A DNA stretch of 63,251 nt, filler included, from Octopus bimaculoides (Eukaryota), in assembly GCF_001194135.2 (NCBI RefSeq). It is 4 parts of 4 records of this genome, joined end to end, with 100 filler letters (N's around TTAATTAATTAA, not from the genome) between each part and the next. Parts side by side here need not be neighbours in the genome. Positions count along the whole stretch, not along the records: positions 25,111 to 56,788 come from NC_068999.1; 3 more parts are not named here. One strand, given 5' to 3'. The notes beneath the pieces were generated by a model that did not search any database, was not told the DNA's origin, and saw only the letters and a program-made list of their open reading frames with translations. Numbering within the stretch: position 1 is the first letter of the stretch; every line of letters starts with the position of its first letter. Shown one piece after another: positions 27,451-41,404 of this stretch. Both the position numbers and the translations under genes were made by a program.

Positions 27451-28996
27451 CATGAATTGTTATCTAAACAGAAACATATATCATTCCTTTCTTATTTCCT
27501 CGTATCATTAAAAACAGGGAAAAATCCTTGCTAAAAGATGATGTAGACATGCATATTCATACATACACACAGGCATACATACATACATATGTATATAAAT
27601 ATGTGTGTATATAATGTATGTGTATATGTGTAGACGTAAGCTCACGCACATACATACACATACACATATAGAACGCATATCCGTATAAATTCCAATATAC
27701 ATACATATTTGTAAAGATATGTGCGTATATATTTATGTATACACGCGCGCGCACACACGCACATACAAACACACACACTCACACACACACACGCACGTGC
27801 AAACACACCAACTCACGTAAGTGCAAACATAGCCGCATCCACATGACGCATACATATATGTGTATGATGTGAAATTGTTAATTCTGTGTAGTGAAAAAAC
27901 AATGAAAAACAAAAAAAAAAAGGAAAAGAAAACGAAGTCATCAACAGCAATTTAGTATTATCCATACACAGTTTTTTCATGTAAAGAATGCAAACTTAAA
28001 ATGCGACAATCAATCAACCCTTTATTCATCTATTCTACGATGATTCTTCTTTCGACCGAGCCTCATTAGAGCCACTTGCGCTTTAATTGGCTGAGTAGTG
28101 ATGCTCTCAATTATGTTTTTTTCATCATCTGTAAAGTATCTCTTGCATCCCGCATCCTACTGCACTGTTCATATAACTGCAATTGCTAATTCTAGTTTTT
28201 TGCCTGTGAAGAGAGAGAATTGAGCAATTATCATTTCCAACACGTGAATATCGATATATTCAAACCTTAAACTAAACGTTATGGCTTCATTCGTTTGTCT
28301 TTAATATTGAGCATTGATTTTACTGAATTGTCACTTCATAATTGTTCCCTTAGTCTGAACGTAGACATCTAAGCATTATGATAGACATTTTTAAAAACTT
28401 TCTGTGCAGTGCCCAAAATATTGATTGGCAAGTACTACTTTATATTAGCAGTTTAAAAACATCGTTTGACGAATGAGCTCGAGTTTCCAGTTTTTGCTTC
28501 TTCTCCACAGGAAAATAGTCTGTTTTTTAATTAACCATTTTTTTCTTTCTTTCTTTCTTTCCTCTCTCTTTGTATAAACACATATATACATTTGCGTGTG
28601 TGCATATGTGCATTGAAGCATTATGTGTTTGTGTGTGTTTTAAGGCTAACCTTTATGATGAAGCTAAACAACTGAAATTAGTATTTCCTAAGGAGGTTAT
28701 TAGCTTGTTAAAAAACTTTAGGAAGTAATCAACAGTCAAGCTCTTCGCGAGAATTTCTTCAATAAAATGGAGACAAAAATTGTAAACTGGAAGAATTTGA
28801 ATTAATTTTTCTTCGAAAATATATGGTTCTGATCTTACTAGAAGGCTTCATTGAATAGGTGTTCTTATAAATCGGAAGGTAAGATTTATTTTGGGAAAGC
28901 AAAAAGAAAGAGGTGTTCAGGTTCTATGTAATCCTGATAGGCGTTTGGAGTTATAAATTGTTAATCAATAATGCTAGTCAGTATGAATGCGTTGTT

Positions 28997-29208
28997 GATG
29001 GCAGTAAGCTGGAGGAATCGCTATCACGCCGGCAAAATGCTTAGCCGCATTTCGTCCGTCTTTACGTTCTGAGTTCAAATTCTGTAGAGGTCGACTTTGC
29101 CTTTCATCCTTTCGTGGTCGATAAACTAAGTAACAGTCGAGCACTGGGGTCGATGTAATCGACTTGCTTTCGAAATTGCTGGCCTTGTTCCAAAATTTGA
29201 AACCAATA
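28997..29208 (+). mobile_element. SINE family A (tail type CCAAAATTTGAAACCAAT)
   Basis: Same head and core as the other family A copies. Confidence 0.9.
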
Positions 29209-29794
29209 TGAATGCGTTGGTGAGATATTGGAGGACAGTTCTCGTCCAAGCATTCTATAATCCTCTATACCTACAAGATTCCAGAGTTGTAATGCGGTTT
29301 TCTTTTTCCTTAGAACTTGATTTTTCTTACGCAATTAACTCACAAAGAATAAATATGCAAATTACAATGTTCCATATATTCTTTAAATCTAAAGTACTGT
29401 GTTTTAAATAATCCCGTATCTTGCTTATATTTCATCTGAAATATGAGATATTGTTGAACACTATAACTTTTTAACTATCTCTGCCACAACATCTGTTTGG
29501 CATCATATAAAAATATCTATAGGCGAGTATTGTAGTTCGCTTGAAGCATTGTGTATTGTTTGTAAAGTTTTTCATGGTACAACAATGCTCTATAATACAA
29601 AAAATGGACTATATACCTGTTTTAATTTAGTTATCTATAGTCCGATGATATTTCGGAATACAATTCCTTCTTCAGATATGCTTAGATGGAGTCGCTGCTA
29701 TATTCTGTTTTCCAATGGCTTTTCTTTCTTTCTTTTTTTAAAATATCTATCCGACGATAATGTCTTCACGGAGATTGCTGGGAACATAATATAC

Positions 29795-30035
29795 AATTGA
29801 ACCTACCTACAAGCGAATGAACCCCTACGAAGTTACATGAACTTGTAATAGGAACAGCAGCCAGATTTCTCTCAAATCGAACACTATCGTCTTTGACAAG
29901 GAGTGATGCATTACATTATATACCTTCGACACAATATTCCCCACCTCCGATAAAAAACCTTATGTGATGGTAGCAGATACACCTTTGATCATAGATGTCC
30001 TCAGCCAGAATTGGCTTAGGATTAACAACCTCAAC
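29795..30035 (+). repeat. Interspersed repeat fragment (SINE/RTE-tail-like)
   Basis: TAG(G/A)AACA(G/A)CAGCCA(G/A)AT..C.CT.AAATC recurs at ~57354-57385; CCTTTGATCATA recurs at ~41282. Confidence 0.5.
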
Positions 30036-30884
30036 AGTGAAATTTTTCTTAGTAATGACAACACTTTCATCTTCCTTATCACATTCTCAGTAATTGTAGC
30101 TTAATTTGTTGCAGAAATCTGATCTAATATATTTTATGCTATCTATTAATACATTCGGTTTTACCCAATTTAACGTGTTAATTAATATATACATTATGTT
30201 TTAGATCACATCGTCTGGCAGCCTGTATTGCATACTTTGTTCAAGATAGTGTGTATTGTGTGGTTAATATCTGTTAATTTACGGGCAAAGTGTGCTACGT
30301 ATCATATGCTTAACATCTATTAATCCTCTGGTGTATCACGTACTATGCGTTTGATAACATCTGTTACATTCTATGTATAGCATCTGTTAATTTTCTGTTA
30401 ACATGTGAAATAAATGGTTATCTATCGGTCGGTCAAATGCTTTTGGACTGGTAGGGATTTCCTGATGTTCGAGATAACGGTACAGTGTCTATTTTATGTT
30501 ATTGTATTTTTATGACCCTCAGAAAGTTTTATTTGAACATTCATTGCAAAATTAAGTTATTATAGAAAGTTGTAATGAAATAACAAGATATTGAAACATT
30601 TTTTGTTACTCTACATTTTGTAAACAAGTATTGTAACACCGCAATATAACTACAAAATATAAAATAATCTAGCAAAGACTTCTAAAAATATTGTAAACTG
30701 TAACTTTTATCAATTAATAAGAAAGTGTCTGCTTCTTGTTAGATTATCCAATTGAGGATAGTGCCATGTGCCAATTGAGGATAGAGCCATGTTCAATGGA
30801 TAACGAACATACACACCATACTGCTAGGGTACAATTGACATTTCTATCAAAACGAAGAGATTTAGAAATATCATTCTTCTTCTT

Positions 30885-31930
30885 GCAACAATTGTTAGGG
30901 TTTCACTGGTAATATTAGATATTTTATGAGAGACGTTTACATATTACTCAATCCGTAGCTCATTTAACCACATTGCATCACTGTTGCATTGTTTGCTTAC
31001 ATTTTAAATTTCTGCCTCAAAATAGCTGTATCATTCTGGGGAGGAGGTTTTACAATCTTGAGGGTATGACATTTCATATTGCAATACATCGCTTGTGAGT
31101 TGAATGCAAACTTGTGAATGATGTTCCCCTTTGTATTAACTCCTTGCTCAACGACGTTTTTCATTTGCAGCTTCTGGGTCGAGTTTAAAGAGACACTAAC
31201 AGGTTAAAAGATACGTTAGTATCTCTTTACGGCAGTTCTCGACTATCACAAAATTGTTGCAGCTAGTGTTGAGAATTTATTACTTACTTTTCACTAAATG
31301 ATAGTATTTCATTGTCCAATATCTTTTCTGATCTTTCGTCATTTGTCTGGAGAGAGTTAAAACATTTAGTTGCCATTTTCTCCTCACAATCGATTTCCAT
31401 TGCATCAATCTGTTTGCGAATGGTAACTACAGCTCAGTATAGCAGAGCATTCAATGTCTTAAAGTTGAGAGTCTCGATCTGTGCTAAGTGTTTCTTAGCA
31501 ACTTGATCGATCATGGATAACATCATATCAGTAGGTTTCCAAATCACTTTTGTCATAATAGCTCTTTCATATAATTGTCTATCGATGTAAATGAAGTTTT
31601 ATTTGAATTTTACTATCAGTTGCGCTTTGCGGTGTTTATATTCCTCCCTCATTTCTGTTTGGTCATTTGCAACTACTGTTTGTAATTTTGGCATGCTTAC
31701 CTCAGTGTTTTTGTTATTGCTTCTGTTGTTAGGGTCTTCTCAGTAGAAGTATCCACTGATTTGTTCACACTTTTATATAATGTGAAATTTTGATGGCCGG
31801 TAGGAAGAACAAAATTTTCTCTTAACAAAGACAACTGTTTGGGGTTGAAACGCGAATAGTTGGGATATTTTAGATTCCAATAACTCTTCGTACGTTTTAT
31901 GTACTCATTCGAGGGATATTCTATCTAATC
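30885..31930 (-). mobile_element. R4/Dong-like non-LTR retrotransposon, N-terminal (pre-RT) region, decayed
   Basis: EYIKRTKSYWNLKYP, LNALLY*AVVTIRK and NSDAMWLNEL...NITSETL are in order and match my recollection of R4/Dong ORF N-termini; there is a long, mostly open frame at 31290-31710. Confidence 0.6.
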
Positions 31931-32187
31931 TTTTTTTGTTTTGTAGAATTAATGAGTCTTCATTCAGTTCAAAAGACCACCGAAATTACTCACGGTAGTT
32001 CAGCGACTGGGTACAGCGATAAATGATCCTAGTTTCCTGTTGTGCCATCGTTTATGTAGTAGGCATTCACGTGTTGAATTTCTGTTGATTTTTACTGCAT
32101 GATTATTGCTACGATATTTTCTAAAAGTAGTGCTTTGTGGCATTTATCTGAAGGAGATAACTAGTTTTTTTTATCATACTTGTTTTA

Positions 32188-35100
32188 ATGGTATGGGGAA
32201 CTTTTTTGTGCATGAAGGCCACCCTATAATTCATCATCCCTCATAGTGGCGGTATTGAACATATTATTTTTCTTTTTTTAAAGTTATTTTATCCCCTGAG
32301 TAATTTATTAGTAATCTAATAAAAGAAAGACAAGTGTGTAGAAAACGAAAACATGACTTTTCAAATATTTTATTTAAGTAGGTACATTGCATACAAGTAA
32401 TAAGTAAATGAATAATAGTCTTATAAAAAAGACAGCTTATGAACATCGAGAATATAACATTTTCAAATATTTAATTTTGGCAAGTAGGTATTTTTATACA
32501 AATTAAGGACTTCTTTGAATTTGCTTCTTTTGAGAGTGCATTCTGATATCAGAAGTGGTTCTTAGTTTGAATTGGTCCTCCAAATGCTCATCTGTCAATT
32601 GCTCTCTCAGTGAATTGTTGACTTGCATCAAGTACGAGAATGTTGATTCACAACAATATGTTGAAGAAAAGCAGGAAATTAGTCGGCGTGCATGTTCATG
32701 AAGGCAAGGATATTCTACTGCATTTTTCCAAATTTTGATGGAAATTTCCCTCTTGTTAAATCGAGATTACAGAATATTATCTTCAGATATTTCAATAAGC
32801 TCCAATTGCAACTTTTCAGGAGCCTCTGATACATCAACTAAGTGAGGCTGAAAGCAAGTTTCAGAGTGAAGTTATGTTTTTCAAAATCACTGAATCTTTT
32901 TATTATATTCTTCTATTAATGAGTCTAAAACTGACTCATATTCTTCAAAAGATTCATAGATATCGTCTTCATTTTCACTCAATACCTTTGTAAGCTGAAG
33001 AAAGTGTTCTTCTGAAAGTTTTGATTGAGCCAAAAGGAACTTTAAAAATGATAATTTTTTTAAATGCCCAAATTTTGTGCCACATATCATAAATACATTT
33101 ATTTTTGCCTTGCAACGAAATGTTTAACTCATTTGTTTTGATATCACATTACATAAAAATGCAATATCTCTGTAAAAATTTGGATCTGATAAATCACAAT
33201 GTTTGTTGTTTTCTTTGAAAAAGTTAATTATTTGCCTTCGTAAAGACAAAAATTTGGCCAATACATTCCCTTGCTACAACCAGCATACTTTTGAGTGATA
33301 AGGCAAATCCACATTAATTACTTTGTCATCCATCATCAACATGTTTCGAAATTGACGATGCTTCAGGGCATTTGCTCAAAAATAGTTTGCAATACTTATA
33401 GCCTTCTGCAAATTGTCATTTAAAATGACAGATTTTGCACAGAGATTTTGCTGATGTAAAATACAATGAAAAGCACATTTGGTTCTTTGGTTACTCTTTT
33501 AAGATGTGCAATAAATCCTTCATTTTCAACTATCATAGCTGGAGCACCATCTATGTACACACCTATCAAATTAGTAAAATTTAGTCCTACTTTATGACAT
33601 TGCTCTTTGAAGTTATTAAAAATATCTATCCCTCGCGTCCTTCTTTTAAGGGTACCTAAAGCAAATAATTCTTCATATAATTGAAAATCATCAGTTACAG
33701 CATGAATAAAATACAATACTTGTGCTGAATCAATGGAATCTGTTGATTCATCTAAAGCTACTGAGCAATATGCATTTTCTCTTTGGATTATATTTTTCAA
33801 TTGCTCTGTTACATTACAAGCCAATTCATGCTGTCGATCTGCATTAGTCCTTCTTTATATTAGTTAACTTTATCGGGATCTATACATCCTACCATTTCTA
33901 AAATATATTCCTTTATGAGTTCTTCATCACTGAATAGCTTACCTTTATTCCCAATCAAATATGCAACTTCTGTCGTAGCATTCCCTTGATGCATCACAGA
34001 TTGGAAAAATTGTCTTTGCTTTTGTTTTCCATCTTTCAATTTCTACAATGCTATCTTTCGAGACTCAGCCTCTAATTTGGCATATTTATTGTCTTTATGA
34101 AGAGCATAATGTTGCTGTGCATTGAATTTCTTTTTCTATTTACTAAAAAATATTGCAATTCCCATTCTTCATTAAAGATCCTGTAACCTTCTTTCAAAGT
34201 TCGTTTTAATTTTCTTGACATAATTATGGGTTAAAAAGAAATGTATTTATTCTGAAAAAAAACCCATAAAAATATAAAATTTTAATAATGAACTAGTAAA
34301 GCCAGCTGCACACTGACCCAAATAAAACAGTCTTAGACAAGACACGATAAACTTGCATCCAAAACCATATTTTTGGTTTTGACTTTAGCAATTGTTACTA
34401 CCATTCGAGACTGAACAACATTTAGATTATCTATGATTTTGTTTCTGTAATTAGTACTATTATCTATCATAACCTAATTGTTGCAGAAATAATGTCAAAT
34501 ATCGACGGTTTTTAATCTCACAAAATAATGACAATTGTTGAAGTTATGACCAAGATTCCAAGAACATGATTTCGGACGCTGATTGATAGTGTCTTGTCTA
34601 AGACCGTTTTGTCTGAAAGAGTGTGCAGCTGACTTAACAAAGTAGCGATGAATACAATCACTGTATCACTTATTAAGTCTCAATGATAAAAAAAGTAAGT
34701 CTGTAAAATTAATGCACGTTCTGATGGATTTACGGTTTCAAATAAGGCTATAACTAACTCAGTCTCACAAAACAAGTCAGTATGAAGTTGGTCACGACTA
34801 TGCAATTACTAAGTAAAGTACATAGCAGGGATCACAATGAAAAGGTGGATGAGATAAGAACTCTTTGTGTATCATACGTGAAGTCACTTACTCCCACTAG
34901 GCTGGTATAGCTGACAAGGAAATATTGCCTTTATATACTTGTTGCTTTGAGTTCAAATTCATTGGGTTCAAATAAAAATGCTTCCCATTTCTGGGAGTGA
35001 TATAACTAAACACGGTTAACTCTCCTTTCGTCTGTGTGTGTGTGTGTGTGTGTTGTAAGTTTAGGGCGTATAATGATTTTAGACAAAAAATATTCAGTGT

Positions 35101-35198
35101 CAAAAAAAGAAAGAAAATATACCAATGGCCGCAGACGGCCGCACTTGTTGGCGCGGTAGGCCGCGTGCGGCCTTAAGGACGCAGATTCCCCATCTGTG
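32188..35198 (-). mobile_element. hAT transposon (SPIN/Buster type), near full length, decayed
   Basis: Termini share ATGGGGAA (32193-32200; reverse complement at ~35186-35193) with GCGGCC subterminal repeats at 35125-35175. The transposase pseudogene lies inside. Confidence 0.85.
32502..34221 (-). pseudogene. hAT transposase (GTF2IRD2/SPIN-like) pseudogene
   Basis: MSRKLKR..YRIFNEEWELQYF start at 34221; SVALDESTD; DGAPAM; C-terminal REQLTDEHLE; multiple frameshifts and stops. Confidence 0.9.
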
Positions 35199-35403
35199 CA
35201 TTAAACGAAAGATAAATAGTGAGTTCCTTCATTCAAACGTGACTGAATTCGACGCCATATCATGTATGTATGTATGTATGTATGTATGTATGTATGTATG
35301 TATGTATGTATATATGTACGTACGTATGTATGCGTGTATATATATTAACCAATAGAAAGTTCCGTGATGATAGTTCCACTATCATCACGGAACTTCACCT
35401 AAT

Positions 35404-35549
35404 GGTGAAGGCGCGTGGCTTAGTCGTTAGGGCATTCGGCTCACGATCATAAGGTCGTGAGTTCAATTCTCGGCGATACGTCGTGTCCTTGAGCAAGACA
35501 CTTTATTTCACATTGCGCCAGTTCACTTTGCTGGCAAAAATGAGTTGTA
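35404..35549 (+). mobile_element. SINE family C, tRNA-derived head and body
   Basis: A box TGGCTTAGTCGTTAG, B box GAGTTCAATTCT, then GTGTCCTTGAGCAAGACACTT. Confidence 0.85.
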
Positions 35550-35714
35550 TATATGTATGTATGTTATCAATCAGTTTCACTTCTGTATTTCTTGTCCATA
35601 GAGAAAGAGCCGGACTCTTACATAGATTCAAGGCTCCTTCATTGGAACTTTTATCAACATGTATGTATGTATGTATGTATGTATGTATGTATGTATGTAT
35701 GTATGTATGTACAA

Positions 35715-37050
35715 ATTTGTATGCTTTATGTATGTATTCTCATGCATATAGTTTCATTTCTAGACATGCTCATATATATTTAAATGAGAAACTTCTGGAA
35801 AGTTTTACAGATTTTTACGGTTCCAGTGATGGATTGGATTTGTAGTCTTCGAATTAGATTTCTCCTGTTACATATCCCAGTGTGTTACATATCTCAGGGC
35901 CCCAATAATTACAGGTGTAAACCTGAATTTGTAATCCGGATAGAGTAACTGCAGATTTCTCAATAGTTTAGCATAGGTGTTCTCTTTTTCACTGATCTTC
36001 AACTTTATGTTAACATCCACTGGGCAGCTAATTTCCACAACTATGCACAGTTTCTCTTCTCTATCCCAATCATTATATCAGGTCAGTTGTGCTTACATTT
36101 TATTGAGGTTTTCATTGGTACATTCCACCAGTATTCCTTTTTCTATGAGTGGTTATAGCTTCTACCATAGTGTGGATTCTTATTTCTTTGTCCTCGGGAT
36201 TATCCCTCTGACAGATTTCATTATAGTGTCCAAGATACAACATCATGTCTCATCGGTAGATAATACCGCAATGACATTTTCGGACAACTGCTTATCATAT
36301 AGGTGATATCTTCAGTGTGAACTCCACAAAGTCTGCATCGATTGTCACATTTTACTGCTGTTCCTGCATCTCTATCCCTTTTGTGCATCAGGTATTTGGT
36401 TGATATTTCCTGTTCCTGGAATGCAAACGCATACCCTTCAAAGTGTGACGTAATAATCCAGCTGTTGGTCTATGATAAACTGCTTTAATGATCAGTGTTA
36501 CTATCACCACGGAACTTTCTACTAACATATCCATGCATAGTCTTTTTCTCATATAGGCTCATCCTTTCATCTGATGATACGTTGCGGTAGAGTCGTGCGA
36601 CTTCTTTGGGCATGTATTCTAGGTTAACAGACAAAGAATGTTGCTCAATGAGCTGCCTTCCAAGTCTTATGATGTATACAAATTTGGTCAAGGATGCACT
36701 TTGACCCTTGGTGGTGAAAAGATGTTGTCGAAGGGATATGATGCTACATTCAAAGGCATTTTGGATCGATGTTAAGCCTCTGCCTCTTTGTTTTCGTTTT
36801 AGGTTGAGGCGGTCTACGTCACTATTTATGTAGAAATTAGGTGTGTTTGTTAGTATTTTTCGGGTTTTCACATCAATGACTCGTATTTCATCAAGCTTCC
36901 AATAAAGCAAACCAAATTTTGGTATGAATAATGGCACTACAAATACATTGTAGGCCACTGTTTTATTGATTGCAGAGAGTTCTGAGGTCCAAATTTACTT
37001 TATTTGGCTGTAATATTCTTCAGTGACACATGTTTTGTTACAGGTTCCAT
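35715..37050 (-). mobile_element. 5'-truncated R4/Dong-like retrotransposon: RT C-terminus, CCHC finger and restriction-like endonuclease
   Basis: IWTSELSAINKTVAYNVF...SDVDRLNLKRKQRGRGL...MHGY; CRLCGVHTEDITYMISSC...RHDVV; HN*PDI / EEKLCIVVEISCPVDVNI..K..EKENTY...PVIIGAL (PD-(D/E)xK-type nuclease). Confidence 0.85.
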
Positions 37051-37094
37051 TGTATGTATGTCATTGTTCAGTTTTATTTGAAGATTATGTATGC

Positions 37095-37125
<31 letters not shown>

Positions 37126-37189
37126 TGTATGTATGTATGTATGTATGTATGTATGTATGTATGTGTGCTGTGTGAGTGTGTGTGTGTGC

Positions 37190-37221
<32 letters not shown>

Positions 37222-40200
37222 ATGTGCATACATTATACAAGTATAATCATTTATGGACACAAAAATGCGCTTGTACATACATATCCCACTCATTTAGAAA
37301 TAGTCTTAAGTTTCTGAAAGGGAGATAACCAAGATATAGCAAGAAAACTTTTAGATGGTGGAAAGGTGAAAGGAGCCTCCATGAGTTAAGTTCATAATGT
37401 TAAAATTGTTCCTGGTTCGAATCCTTCTTATAGATGAATGATAATTCCGTTGTTGGATTGAACGCCAGTTCATTGCAGGAAATATTCATGAAGGCCTGGT
37501 ATATTTTTATTATGGTTAGATAAATTCAAGGTATATTTAAGTTTGATGTATAGACAGTTAAAGCTTACCAGGAATGTTATGAGAAAACTAAGTTATTTTC
37601 TTCTAAAGACGATCGAGCACTCTGGGAATGGATATATTAAGCAAATTTAAAAATAAACACAATAAACGAAATAAGTCATAAACAGTAAAGAATAAAAGAG
37701 GACAAATAGCTCGGTTTTTGAAACTGACATACATAACGTGGTACACTTCTGTCCGTACTACGTTTTGATTGAAAGAGAATTAAGATAAAATTGTAGAGTA
37801 TTCTGGGAATTATTTTGATGTAAAATTATCTAGAATATGTTTTCATATATTAATATTCCTCTGTGAACTGTATGGTGAAAGCTGTACTTTTGAAATTGTT
37901 GATTGTTAGTGTGGTATTATATCAATTAATGAGACATAGTTACATAATTATAATAATGACTAAGTTGTTTACTTTATTATCAATATAATTTCTTTTATTA
38001 CGCACTCACATTGAAACACTCAGAGATTTAAATATTTAATTACTTCTGATATACAGTGCTCAATGTATAAACATTTAAAACACAATTATAAATAATTAAT
38101 TCTAGCTATTCTAAATTGATTTTTACATTAAAAATGTTCATAATTGCATACTGGTCTTTTGAGATGCACCTAGCATAAAAAGAAACTTAAACATTACATA
38201 GATCTTTATTATAATATCTGAAATCAGTTGAAATATGTGCCCATGTAATAAACGTTTATGATAATTTCTTTTGATGTTTCGATATTCAACAAAATTTTAA
38301 CAACAGTGAAGCCAAAAGTAGAAAAAATGGAATATTGAAGTTGGCGCTAACATGCTTAATGTAGTAAGCTAAAAAGTTTTAATAAATTTAAAATTAAAAT
38401 TACACATTTAATGATGAGAGCTACAATGTTCTAAATGACTAACTGGACAAAAGTCAGGGGAAGATAACAACGAAATTGTTTATTTATTTTAATTAGTTAA
38501 ATGTGGAATGCAGTAGATAATAAGAATAATCATTAGCATCAACGCGACACTTCAGATTTGTTTCGGTATTATTAGACCTCCTTAGCGAAGCATAGATTAA
38601 CTGTGGTTGCTCCATCTTATAACGACTAGAAAGACAACAGATTTTTGTGAATCGAAATAGATCAATGTTATATATATTAAAAGGAGTCTGATTTTTTGTC
38701 GGAAAATCCTAATGCTTCATTTTCGAAACTGTTATTCTGTCTCGTCAAAAGAAATCATTAGTAAAGTTACTACACTATACTAAAAAGTTTGACAATGATA
38801 TGTCTACATGAAGTGTCATCTTCGTTTGATGCTAAAAAATTGAATTATTTTCATATAAGTTATATAGATTTAAATTGTTATTATTTTCCTCATATCAAAA
38901 TAACCGCGTTATGTTCAAAATATAGACTGATGTACGTATCTTAAGGTTATTATTGGTTAAATGTATCAAATTTTACCAATGTGTCTCACCCTTTAATGGT
39001 ATCGATATCAGGATTAAGCGACAATACACTGGACTTCGTAACTCCATAAAATAAACTTCACTAAGTATTCTACTTTACATTTGATTTCCTCTCAGTTTTG
39101 GAGACTTTATTGATTATATTCACCTCATTAATTTCTCATTTTCATGTTTTCATAATTAAAGCGAAACCAGGTTTTGACACCGAGGCAATATACATTAACT
39201 GGTTGAGTGATTGCGGTTAACTGGAGACTAACAGCTTGTTTGTCTCCAACCAACAAATTCATTTCTTAAAACATTAACTATAGAGCGTGTCATGCTATCC
39301 AATGTGAATTTCAAGTTTAACCGCTTAGCACAAATGAATCTAGTGCTAAGCAGTGGCTTTGGAAATCCCTGTGGCTCGTGAAGAAATTTATCATATCAAC
39401 AGTTAACCTAGTGTCTTACCATTATCATGTTGAAGGTTATTAAGCAAAGATATATAACGGAAAAAAAAGTTGTCAAGAGAAAAACTATTCGTGCTACCTT
39501 TAAAAGATTTCCTGCTGCTTCTTCGATTTCGCTAACCAGACAAAATAATTCGACAGAAAAAATCTTCTTGGCAAAATATAAAAAGGAAATAATTTTTTTT
39601 TTGTAATAATTATTTTATCTTTCAAACAGAACCTTTTCTTTAGGATAGAGGAAAACATGCTATTCTATTTTGTTATGTTATTTTAATTACCATCTTAGCA
39701 CTAAATGCATTCCCGGAAAATTTGTTTACTTTATGAGAATTTTTTGTCTGTGAACTCTACTCGTATTTGTTATCTTTCAACTTGATTACATACCCAATGG
39801 CTACGTTAGATTGTCGGTTTGTATTCTTGTTTATCATGTGTTTCTTTTATGTTGGTCAAACAAAAGCGAATGCGTAGTTACCAGATTATGAAATACAATG
39901 GGATGGGGGAACAATATTTCACTGAAAAAAAAAAATAGAAACAGATAAATATAAACAGAATTTTTCACATGAATATATATTGTTGAGTACATTGTTATAC
40001 ACACCTGTAGAAACAGACGTTCAGCTTCAGCTACTTTTCATAGCGTAAAGTATGATATCACTTTATTATATTTATCTGGTCCTCGACTTTTACAGAGACG
40101 TGCAAATAGGTTATATTTGATTATAATAATATTCACCAATTTCTGTCGATCACCAGCGAACAGAATTTTCGTGAATGCAATCTTTTAACTCGCTTTCGAT

Positions 40201-40448
40201 CACAATGGAAGCCAATTCCCTTCCTTAGCACAGTTAGCATACTTGGGATATACATAAATTTCAAATCTTTCTATTTCTCCTCCTTAAATATATAGGCGTT
40301 TTATGCGTAGTCAGAAAAAAGATATAAATTCTATAAAAAAAGAAAACAATAAAAAATGATATATAAATTACCTTCAGGGACCAATGCCTCAAATTTATAT
40401 GAAAATGAGAAATGATGTAGCTCAATACTTGAAGGAAAATTACTATAT

Positions 40449-40667
40449 ATAATCCTTTCTGTTATAGACACAAGGCCTGAAATTGTGGGGACGGGGAAAG
40501 TCAATAGCCTCGACCCCAGTGCTCGACTGGTATTTACTTCATCAACTCCTGAAAGGATGAAATGTAAAGTCAACCATTGCAGAATTTGAGCACAGAACGT
40601 ATAGACGGACGAAATGCCGCTAAGCATTTTGTCCAGCGTGCTAATGGTTCTGCCAGATCATCGCCTT
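40449..40667 (-). mobile_element. SINE family A
   Basis: Head, core and CCT/TCT-ATAACAGAAAGGATTAT-type tail. Confidence 0.9.
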
Positions 40668-41404
40668 AAAATGAATAAGCATAATGAAAATTGACAAGCT
40701 ACAAATAAAATTGAATCGTGGTTTTGACTCGTTTGGAGAATAAATCTTTTGCTAACGCTTGCTTTAAAGTGGCAACGTATTGATTTCAAAACCATAAGTT
40801 CATACATTAATGTGTCAGCAAAGAAATTGCGACATTCATATATTTCACTAGGTGTTAATTAAGACAGCAAAGGAAGAAAATTTGCACCTATTGTATATAA
40901 CGAAACATATCTGCAAAGTTTTGTAGACTTAATGTTTGGCTCTTTACTCTTCATCGTTCAAAACGATTTTTCTACTTTGGTACAACAGAGGCTATTAAAT
41001 TGACTCAAATATAGTCACTGGCATTTTTATTTGTTGTGAAGGGAATAAAAAAAAAAAAAAANNNNNNNNNNAAAAAAAAAAAAAAAAATACAGCGATTGA
41101 AACAGCGACACGAAAATAAGTTCTATAAGTATAGAGTCAATACCTTCTACTTTGTTTGATTACTTTCTGCCAGAAACAATTCCCAACTCTTCCTCAAATC
41201 TCGTACTATCATCTGAAACAAAAGATATTTCGAACAATATAGTTTCTAATAGAGAAAAGTGGGGAGACCATGTTTGGACCGCCTTTGATCATAAATCTAT
41301 TTCATTTTCCTTTGGCTTAATAATAATTAAAAAACCCTACTGTCAATTCTAAACAGATTAAATTTCAATACATTTCCACATGAAACTTTTAATACTACAC
41401 GTTA

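Noticed and set aside
30260-30410. Four or five spaced CATCTGTTAA-like motifs as a CRISPR-like or regulatory array
   Set aside because: Short, degenerate and irregularly spaced in eukaryotic DNA; best read as an eroded minisatellite.
32180-35206. 8-bp target-site duplication for the hAT
   Set aside because: Flanks do not give a matching direct repeat under any reasonable boundary, so no TSD is claimed.
35404-35480. tRNA gene calls at A/B-box sequences here and at other SINE heads
   Set aside because: They continue into SINE bodies and occur as diverged copies; no complete cloverleaf is evident.
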